The notes under the pieces were generated by a model. It searched no databases. It was not told the origin of the DNA and worked only from the letters and a program-made list of their open reading frames with translations. This document shows, in pieces, positions 27,467-33,935 of a DNA stretch of 38,049 nucleotides. The position numbers and the translations under genes were made by a program. The stretch comes from a virus (Duplodnaviria; Heunggongvirae; Uroviricota; Caudoviricetes): positions 1 to 38,049 of IMG/VR virus record IMGVR_UViG_2802429217_000005; one strand, written 5' to 3'. Numbering within the stretch: position 1 is the stretch's first letter; each line of letters begins with the position of its first letter.

Positions 27467-27646
27467 ATGGCTGATGATAAGACCAAAATCGGTACCCCTG
27501 ACAATGATTTAATAAGTATCAAACAGGATTACGAAAGACGTGATTGGGCTGAAAAGTTTGGAGTTAGCGAGGCCAAACTTGTTCAAGCCGTACAGGCTGT
27601 AGGTCATTCGGCTAAGAAAGTACAGGCATGGCTTAAAGACCATTAA
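27467..27646 (+). CDS. small protein, DUF3606-like
   Basis: 59 aa from the ATG at 27467 (MADDKTKIGTPDNDLISIKQDYERRDWAEKFGVSEAKLVQAVQAVGHSAKKVQAWLKDH); family recalled from the motif pattern only. Confidence 0.45.
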   Translation: MADDKTKIGTPDNDLISIKQDYERRDWAEKFGVSEAKLVQAVQAVGHSAKKVQAWLKDH

Positions 27647-27698
27647 TATATGAGCGCCTTTCTAGGCGCTTTTTTCTCTGTCCTTTTGGAGATGATTT

Positions 27699-27977
27699 AT
27701 GGCTAATAATTTATTTATTACTTATGACCTCATTAAAACGAAAGATTATGCGGCTGTGTATGATGCAATTAAATCTTTAGGAAATTGGGCTTTAACAACT
27801 GAATCGAACTGGTATGTTAACTGTAGTTACTCTGCCGAGGATGCAGCCAAAATTGTGAGGGCGGTCATGGATAGTGATGATAAACTTATTGTTGTAGACG
27901 CAACCAATAACTTAGTTTATTGGTACAATCTCTCTGATGAAGTTAGTAACCAAATTCAGACTGAGTGGTACAAGTAA
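27699..27977 (+). CDS. hypothetical protein
   Basis: 92-aa ORF with GGAGA Shine-Dalgarno 7 nt upstream; followed by a hairpin terminator; no family recognised. Confidence 0.45.
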   Translation: MANNLFITYDLIKTKDYAAVYDAIKSLGNWALTTESNWYVNCSYSAEDAAKIVRAVMDSDDKLIVVDATNNLVYWYNLSDEVSNQIQTEWYK

Positions 27978-27979
27978 TT

Positions 27980-28003
27980 AAAGGGGGATACCCCCCTTTA
28001 ATT
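27980..28003 (+). terminator. candidate intrinsic terminator after the plus-strand gene pair
   Basis: AAAGGGGG-ATAC-CCCCCTTT hairpin followed by an AATT-rich stretch, 3 nt after the stop at 27977. Confidence 0.45.
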
Positions 28004-28205
28004 CAGAAACTATCATGATTGAAACATTAAATATACTGGGTTTATTCTATCATCCCTGCTCTCTTGCTATATGTCCTGAAAGCGTTCTTTTAAACCTTCT
28101 GCTCAGTATGTCCGGTAATGGCACAAAGCGGACAACCACGCTAGCTCTACCCTATGCCATGAAAATGCCAATTCACATATTAATTAATGCTCTTAAATAT
28201 CATCA

Positions 28206-28625
28206 CTACAATAAATACCGAACATCTCCCTGATAAAACGACAATATGCGCTTCATAACTTCGCTTTTACGGCACTCACTACAAATTATATTATGACGCC
28301 TGTCGTAACGACGTATTTCTCCGTCTGGTAATGACCAAATAAGGTCTGGATCAACCACAACTGGTTTCTTCACCTTTGCCCTCGATAGTTTTTTGCGGGC
28401 GTTTTGCCAGTCTTTACGTGCCTGCTCAGACGGGAATAACCCGTAGCCAGAGTTGTATACGTCACCATTCGCAACCAACTCCCTGGCAAGAACACTTATC
28501 TGATATCTTGTCGCCCCCGTTTTAGTTTCCAGTTGTCGTAACGTCTCGCGCCCACTCTGGCGTACGAGATCAACGATCTGCCCTTTAATTTTTTCCCGCT
28601 CTTCCTGTGTAAATACTTTTGCCAT
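28206..28625 (-). CDS. hypothetical protein with HTH-like segment
   Basis: About 139 aa from the ATG at 28625 (GGGGAGGG Shine-Dalgarno); TGATRYQISVLARELVANG HTH-like segment and a C-terminal CSEC motif; directly downstream of the replication genes. Confidence 0.5.
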   Translation of the reverse strand: MAKVFTQEEREKIKGQIVDLVRQSGRETLRQLETKTGATRYQISVLARELVANGDVYNSGYGLFPSEQARKDWQNARKKLSRAKVKKPVVVDPDLIWSLPDGEIRRYDRRHNIICSECRKSEVMKRILSFYQGDVRYLL

Positions 28626-28641
28626 AAGCCCTCCCCAGGAA

Positions 28642-29439
28642 TCACTTTTCCGACACAATACGACTGGAGGAATCGACAATCTGTCGGACAATATCCTGGT
28701 GCTTGTTCAGCTCCCGCAGTGCGGCGCAGACTCGCTCCCACTTCTGGACATGACTTTTCGCCCGGCGCAGTTCGCGGTTTGCCATATGCAGCGATGGTAA
28801 AATCAGGCCATTGGCTCGCGTTTCAGTGAACGATGGCAACGACTGCACAATGTCCCCCACAGTATCTGTTTTAATTTCTTCCTGTGTTGCCGCTTCCTGT
28901 ACTGGTAACGTAACAACGGCTGGCTGAGAAAAGGCTTTACCAGGTGTTTTCTCTACCGATACAACTTTCGGCTCTGCTGGTAAATTTTCCCCGGTTTCTT
29001 TTACCCGCATCCACTTACACCCCTTCCCCTGTCCCAGCTTAATCACCATGCCATCGCGGCAAAGCTTTTCCATCGCAGAAACCAGCGACCTGACGCAATC
29101 AGCACGCCCCACAGCAATTGCAATCTCAGCGGTGGTCATTGCCCCACCATGAGCAAGTGTGGACAGGATGTCGCAGCGATTCAGTGGCTCACGCTCTTTT
29201 CTGCTGACCACCGGACGGGATTTTCTTTCCACTTTACACACCGTTACTTTTTTTTCTTTCACGCCCGTTTGTCGTTCTGAAACAGACCAGTAACCATTAA
29301 CCGACACAACTTCTCCCAGCTCTTCGTACTCCCTCAGCATTTTAATCGCCTCTGCAGGTTCAATGCCCAAACTGGCAGCAAGCTCGGTGCACGTCACCTT
29401 TTGCATCGCTTTTAACGTATCAATCAACGTTTCCATCAA
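28642..29439 (-). CDS. replication-module protein in the position of the helicase loader (P-like by position only)
   Basis: 265-aa ORF immediately after the initiator gene; two winged-helix-like segments; no ATPase motifs seen; not similar to lambda P from memory. Confidence 0.45.
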   Translation of the reverse strand: MMETLIDTLKAMQKVTCTELAASLGIEPAEAIKMLREYEELGEVVSVNGYWSVSERQTGVKEKKVTVCKVERKSRPVVSRKEREPLNRCDILSTLAHGGAMTTAEIAIAVGRADCVRSLVSAMEKLCRDGMVIKLGQGKGCKWMRVKETGENLPAEPKVVSVEKTPGKAFSQPAVVTLPVQEAATQEEIKTDTVGDIVQSLPSFTETRANGLILPSLHMANRELRRAKSHVQKWERVCAALRELNKHQDIVRQIVDSSSRIVSEK

Positions 29440-29481
29440 AATTTCTCCCGTTAAAAATTATTTACCAATCTCAAACAAAAC

Positions 29482-30444
29482 TTATCCCCTGAACCCTGGT
29501 GGAATTTCGGTGTCCGGTTCAGAAATGTGATTCACACAACGCTGTACAGGCGAACGCCCCAGACGGATAACCAGCTCATCCCATTTATCGCGAAGTTTTG
29601 ACGGACTCATGATGTTTTTTACCCAGAATGGATCCCGCTGTACCCGACCAAACATTTCGCAGATTTGTCTGTGAGTTCTGCCATCCAGCATCCGCATTAT
29701 GCGCACGTCATTGGCCCATGCTGTCCAGTTGGGTTCTTTCGGTCGGGTGATCTCGCCATCATCGCTGGCGGCCTGTTCGTAAAGACTCACGATTCGCCCC
29801 CAGATCCACTGTGCGCATGCCAAATCCTCCTGATTTCCCCACTGACGTTTTTTTGCACTAAACACAATCGCATCAGGATGTCGGGTTAAAAAGTCCTGTT
29901 CAGCCGTCTGCGGGTCCGGTTGCGAAGCTTCCGGACGAAAAGATCTTTTATCTGACGGATCAGGTTTTAATACTGACGGATCGGGGCCAACCATCGCCCC
30001 CATAACCGGCTGTTTTTTACCAACGGTTGATCCATCAAAATTTGACGGGTCAATCGTTGAGGGGGCAATATTTGACTGGTCAACTGTTAACGGGTCATTT
30101 TTTGCCGGGCTAATTTTTCTTTTCGGTTTATATGCCTCACGCGCCGCCTCAGCTGCTGCTTCGAGTTTTTCCACATTAAGGCGGTAGATATTGCTTTCAT
30201 TACGCCCACCGACCTTACGCTCCTCCTTCGTCAGCCAGCCGTTCTTTTCCAGTTCCGCTATCGCCGCTTTAACCGTTGATTCACTCTTTGCCCCAATCTG
30301 ACGACGAATGGTCTCCACTGCAGGCCATGACACACCTTCGTCATTGCTGTAGTCTGCAAGGCGAGCCATTACTGCCACCCTGGATAAGATCATGCCGGTG
30401 AAGGCGCACCCTTCCCAGACAAGACCATGAAGCTTGCTGCTCAT
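29482..30444 (-). CDS. replication initiator (lambda O-like organisation) containing the origin iterons
   Basis: 320-aa ORF with an N-terminal winged-helix domain and a tandem repeat array inside the coding sequence (encoding PLTVDQSNIAPSTIDPSNFDGSTVG), as in lambda O/ori. Confidence 0.65.
   Translation of the reverse strand: MSSKLHGLVWEGCAFTGMILSRVAVMARLADYSNDEGVSWPAVETIRRQIGAKSESTVKAAIAELEKNGWLTKEERKVGGRNESNIYRLNVEKLEAAAEAAREAYKPKRKISPAKNDPLTVDQSNIAPSTIDPSNFDGSTVGKKQPVMGAMVGPDPSVLKPDPSDKRSFRPEASQPDPQTAEQDFLTRHPDAIVFSAKKRQWGNQEDLACAQWIWGRIVSLYEQAASDDGEITRPKEPNWTAWANDVRIMRMLDGRTHRQICEMFGRVQRDPFWVKNIMSPSKLRDKWDELVIRLGRSPVQRCVNHISEPDTEIPPGFRG
30021..30110. repeat. candidate replication origin: three tandem ~30-bp iterons
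   Basis: CAACGGTTGA / CAATCGTTGA / CAACTGTTAA and TTGACGGGT / TTGACTGGT motifs recur with a 30-bp period, followed by an AT-rich stretch. Confidence 0.6.
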
Positions 30445-30467
30445 AAAAAACCCCGAACACCGTGCTA

Positions 30468-30893
30468 TTAGTGCATCACCACAGCATTTCCTGCCGGGCC
30501 ACCACGATTCATCTGATTGAAACCGGCGATTGCCACTGCGACAAAATCATCAGCGTCTCTCACCAGTCGTTCCCGCGTCTCCACCAACTCCCGAAAATAG
30601 ACTGAACTGTGGCTGCGCATCCGGGCCACCAGCAGAGGTGGCATTGCTTTTTCGATCGCTGGTAACAACGCCTGAATTTTTTCAACCGCATCAGTGGTGT
30701 CTTTCTCCACCCAGCGGAAAATTTTCTGGGTATTACGAGCCAGGGCTTCTGGATGGCTGTCGTCGTACAGTTCCGGGGACGTCATTCCCAGTTCGAAATA
30801 AGCCCTGGTTATCTTGGCCGCCGGAACTTTTTCACCATCCGGACGCGCCCAGGCATTCATAGCCATGCGGATGTGTTCATGCTTGATTTTCAT
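30468..30893 (-). CDS. YdaT-like protein in the cII position
   Basis: 141-aa ORF starting MKIKHEHI..., directly downstream of the Cro-like gene (ATGA overlap); resembles Rac YdaT as recalled. Confidence 0.45.
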   Translation of the reverse strand: MKIKHEHIRMAMNAWARPDGEKVPAAKITRAYFELGMTSPELYDDSHPEALARNTQKIFRWVEKDTTDAVEKIQALLPAIEKAMPPLLVARMRSHSSVYFRELVETRERLVRDADDFVAVAIAGFNQMNRGGPAGNAVVMH

Positions 30894-31117
30894 GAATCAT
30901 TCTTTCCTTCGTTCAAGGTGTTATCCTTCTTTTTGTAAAGTTCTGGGTTCAAAGATAATTTTCCCTTGGAGTATGCGGCAGCTTCCGCGGCCCTCCCCTT
31001 GGGAACTATTTCACCAGGACGTTTGCGCCACATGTATATAGCTTCACGGGTTATCCCATAAAAATCGGCAACTCTCTGAACAGAGCCAAAAAACTGGACA
31101 AGTTCATCAACTCGCAT
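30890..31117 (-). CDS. Cro/DicC-like small HTH regulator
   Basis: 75-aa ORF MRVDELVQFFGSVQRVADFYGITREAIYMWRKRPGEIVPKGRAAEAAAY... resembling DicC/YdaS-type Cro analogues; AGGAGGG Shine-Dalgarno; divergent from the repressor gene. Confidence 0.6.
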   Translation of the reverse strand: MRVDELVQFFGSVQRVADFYGITREAIYMWRKRPGEIVPKGRAAEAAAYSKGKLSLNPELYKKKDNTLNEGKNDS

Positions 31118-31209
31118 TTCACCCTCCTAAAACTAAGTATTTTTAGATTAAAGGATAATTTTTTTTAGGTCAATGCAATCTAAAATAATTTATATTCAAT
31201 TCACGGGAG
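31118..31209. promoter_or_regulatory. divergent promoter/operator region between the cro-like and repressor genes
   Basis: 92-bp AT-rich spacer with dyads CTAAAACTAAGTATTTTTAG (31127-31146) and TTTTAG-N11-CTAAAA (31163-31185); candidate leftward -35 TTGACC / -10 TAATCT and rightward -10 TATATT. Confidence 0.5.
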
Positions 31210-31860
31210 ATGATGATGGAAAGCCTTGGCATTAGGCTTAAGAGACTCAGAAAAGACAAGGGACTGACCCAAGTCGAACTGGGCAAGCTTTCTGGCGTAA
31301 CAGGGGTAACTATAGGGTACTGGGAGAAAGACCTAAACGAACCCGGTAGCAAAGCTCTTAGTAAATTAGCCCAAGCACTAGGAACTACTGAGTCCTATCT
31401 CCTATATGGAGTATCGTCTACTGAACCTACCCTTGTGCAGAACAATTCAGGCACCCAAATCCCCTATCTTTCATGGGGGGAAGCAATTTCTTTCCTAATT
31501 TTAGAAGGAGAGAAAACTATGGGAAATGCCGACAGAATCACCACATTCTTTGACGTCAAGGAGGGGGATTTTGCCGTTTCAATGCCTGATGACACTATGC
31601 ACAACCCATCAGGGTCGCCAAGCATTCCGGTTGGTGCCACAGTGATCATGAGGCCTAGAGAAAAATATAAAAATGGTAGTATCGTCGCTGTAATAGTCCC
31701 AGATCCGCTTACAAACGAACCATCTATGACTATAAAAAAATTAGTCATCGACGGAAAACTCGTGTATTTAAGCCCCCTCAATCCTCGCTATCAATCGTCC
31801 TTACTGACACCTGAATGTAAAATTGTTGCTGTAGCAAAAGGTGTGCAGTTCAGCCTATAG
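31210..31860 (+). CDS. CI-like prophage repressor (HTH-XRE N-terminus, S24 LexA-type peptidase C-terminus)
   Basis: 216-aa ORF; N-terminal LKRLRKDKGLTQVELGKLSGVTGVTIGYWE HTH; C-terminal FAVSMPDDTM ... IVAVIV ... MTIKKLV consistent with an S24 Ser/Lys autoprotease; GGGAGA Shine-Dalgarno. Confidence 0.85.
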   Translation: MMMESLGIRLKRLRKDKGLTQVELGKLSGVTGVTIGYWEKDLNEPGSKALSKLAQALGTTESYLLYGVSSTEPTLVQNNSGTQIPYLSWGEAISFLILEGEKTMGNADRITTFFDVKEGDFAVSMPDDTMHNPSGSPSIPVGATVIMRPREKYKNGSIVAVIVPDPLTNEPSMTIKKLVIDGKLVYLSPLNPRYQSSLLTPECKIVAVAKGVQFSL

Positions 31861-31883
31861 CTTCCACTTTGTTTTTCAATCAG

Positions 31884-31908
31884 AGGTCGGCTTTGTCGAC
31901 CTTTTTTT
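31884..31908 (+). terminator. candidate intrinsic terminator after the repressor gene
   Basis: AGGTCG-GCTTTGT-CGACCT hairpin followed by TTTTTTT. Confidence 0.6.
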
Positions 31909-31930
31909 AAATATATCTAGATCACACTTG

Positions 31931-31962
31931 ACTATAAAACTAAATAGATTTAGTTTTATAGT
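31931..31962. repeat. 32-bp palindrome with 15-bp perfect arms (candidate operator)
   Basis: ACTATAAAACTAAAT-AG-ATTTAGTTTTATAGT; arms perfectly complementary apart from the central dinucleotide; overlaps a TTGACT hexamer. Confidence 0.45.
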
Positions 31963-32056
31963 ATACCACCCCACCCCGCCCCACAGAACGCAGGGCAATA
32001 CTTCGAGTTACCAGGCAGTGGTCTGGGGTTAAGTAGCCAGCCCGAGGCGTAAGAAC

Positions 32057-32290
32057 ATGACGGCAGGGTTCAACTTTAACTATGCAGCAGGTTTTTGTTC
32101 CGCCACCCCGGCGTTAAGGGGAAATGAGGTCAGCATGGATACTATCGATCTTGGCAACAGCGAATCTCTGGTATGTGGCGTGTTCCCCAACCAGGACGGT
32201 ACGTTCACCGCGATGACATATACCAAAAGCAAAACGTTTAAAACCGAATCTGGCGCGCGTCGCTGGCTGGAAAGAAATTCAGGTGAGTGA
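32057..32290 (+). CDS. YdfA-like (DUF1391) small protein
   Basis: The C-terminal 51 aa from the ATG at 32135 (MDTIDLGNSESLVCGVFPNQDGTFTAMTYTKSKTFKTESGARRWLERNSGE) match E. coli YdfA as recalled; the longer 77-codon frame is also open. Confidence 0.6.
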   Translation: MTAGFNFNYAAGFCSATPALRGNEVSMDTIDLGNSESLVCGVFPNQDGTFTAMTYTKSKTFKTESGARRWLERNSGE

Positions 32291-32291
32291 T

Positions 32292-32420
32292 ATGGATTTC
32301 GACGCAATCATGGAAAAGGCTTACGAAGAATACTTCGAAGGCCTTGCCGAAGGCGAAGAAGCTCTCAGCTTCAGCGAATTTAAACAGGCGCTTTCCAGTT
32401 CGGCAAAAGCTAACAACTGA
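32292..32420 (+). CDS. YdfB-like small acidic protein
   Basis: 42-codon ORF missed by the track: MDFDAIMEKAYEEYFEGLAEGEEALSFSEFKQALSSSAKANN; starts 2 nt after the ydfA-like stop. Confidence 0.55.
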   Translation: MDFDAIMEKAYEEYFEGLAEGEEALSFSEFKQALSSSAKANN

Positions 32421-32512
32421 GAAGTTTATGATGGAATTGAGAGTTTGTTTCAAACTCTCAATAAACCAGAGGCAGGTAAGGAGCGTTAAATTATTGCTTG
32501 AGAGCAATAAGA

Positions 32513-33046
32513 TCACTCAATCTCACCGCTATAGGCATTCCATCTGAGCATGAGTGCACGCCAGAAAATATCGTTTATGTGCAAAACACAGTATGGATTT
32601 TCGTCGGGAAGGAGTTGCCCTTCCATGGGGAGCAAAATATTAGCAGATACCAGTTTTTTTATATCAGAATTATTGCGTACAGCATGGATCACAGGATAGT
32701 TCCTCGATAATGCCGTAATAAGAATTTTTTTCTGACCCGCAGTCAAGGAATCGATAACTGCATTGATATGACTGATTATTTTTTGTTCTCTTGTATTGTT
32801 CCGGTGACTTCGCCAGATCTTACGAAGAAATAAAGCTAAACGTTGGAGATTTATAGCCAGCACAAAAGAAAAGGCAAAAACGAATACCGGGTAAATATAA
32901 GGAATGCTGATTTTGTCTTGAACATACTCCGGTACAGAATCAGGCATAAAGAGCAATATCAAAACAAAGATAATAAGCATATACATAAGGCGCTCTAAGG
33001 GTTCGTTACTGAATAACTTGCTCAACAAGCCGAATACATCAGGCAT
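32513..33046 (-). CDS. membrane protein of unknown function, encoded antisense within the ydfAB-dicF operon
   Basis: 177-aa ORF with two N-terminal hydrophobic segments and a soluble C-terminal domain; visibly AT-rich; opposite strand to the flanking early-left genes. Confidence 0.5.
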   Translation of the reverse strand: MPDVFGLLSKLFSNEPLERLMYMLIIFVLILLFMPDSVPEYVQDKISIPYIYPVFVFAFSFVLAINLQRLALFLRKIWRSHRNNTREQKIISHINAVIDSLTAGQKKILITALSRNYPVIHAVRNNSDIKKLVSANILLPMEGQLLPDENPYCVLHINDIFWRALMLRWNAYSGEIE

Positions 33047-33357
33047 ATTAATAACTCTCTACTGTAAGGGTATTAAAATGTTATCACAGACTCTCGCTGT
33101 AGGGGTATAGCCGAGACCACCGAGCCTGAAGTGGTAAAAAGACAGGCACACAACACGAAAGCGCACGGCGAGGCTGTTAGTTCATAAATGGTCTGTCGTT
33201 AAATTTACGTCGACCGTGCGCTTCCGGTTGTGGCACTCCGCGAAATGGCGCGGCGGTAAGTATGGCGGGGTTATTCCTTCCCCCGTTGAGGACACCGGGT
33301 TGTCAGGTTGACCATACGCTTAAGTGACAACCCCGCTGCAACGCCCTCTGTTATCAT

Positions 33358-33415
33358 TTTTCTGGTGACGTTTGGCGGTATCAGTTTTACTCCGTGACTG
33401 CTCTGCCGCCCTTTT
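33358..33415 (+). ncRNA. dicF: DicF small RNA
   Basis: TTTCTGGTGACGTTTGGCGGTATCAGTTTTACTCCGTGACTGCTCTGCCGCCC followed by TTTTT matches the recalled 53-nt DicF sequence and its terminator. Confidence 0.8.
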
Positions 33416-33590
33416 TAAAGTGAATTTTGTGATGTGGTGAATGCGGCTGAGCGCACGCGGAACAGTTAAAACCAAAAACAGTGAAATGGGTGGATTCTCT
33501 GTATCCGGCGTTAATTGTTAACTGGTTAACGTCACCTGGAGGCACCAGGCACCGCATCAACAAAGTTCATTTGTAAAAATGGAGATAATT

Positions 33591-33812
33591 ATGATTGCTC
33601 ATCACTTCGGAACTGATGAGATTCCTCGTCAGTGCGTGACTCCCGGTGATTATGTTATTCATAAAGGAAGAACATATATTGCTTCGGTAAACAACATTAA
33701 AAAACAACGGCTCTATATTCGTGATTTTTCCACACAACACTGTATTAAGGAAACCATGATTAAAGTCTTCCTTGGTCGTGATGGTTTACCTGTAAAAGCA
33801 GAGTCATGGTGA
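33591..33812 (+). CDS. hypothetical protein in the position DicB occupies in Qin
   Basis: 73 aa from the ATG at 33591 (GGAG 6 nt upstream); does not resemble DicB as I recall it; function unknown. Confidence 0.4.
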   Translation: MIAHHFGTDEIPRQCVTPGDYVIHKGRTYIASVNNIKKQRLYIRDFSTQHCIKETMIKVFLGRDGLPVKAESW

Positions 33813-33935
33813 GCAGTAATAAAATAACTGCCACAATACGACATTCAGCTTAATGAATACATCAGATTTGATTCTTATATGCCAGCAATGGCAGGGATTT
33901 GTTCACCCTTAAATCTGTAATGAGGTTAAAACAAA

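Noticed and set aside
30021-30110. Short tandem repeats considered as a possible CRISPR array
   Set aside because: Only three ~30-bp imperfect units with no unique spacers, lying inside the replication initiator gene; they fit origin iterons.
30530-30862. 110-aa plus-strand ORF inside the YdaT-like gene
   Set aside because: Antisense to a gene with a clear start overlap and Shine-Dalgarno; Pro/Arg-rich translation; treated as a shadow ORF.
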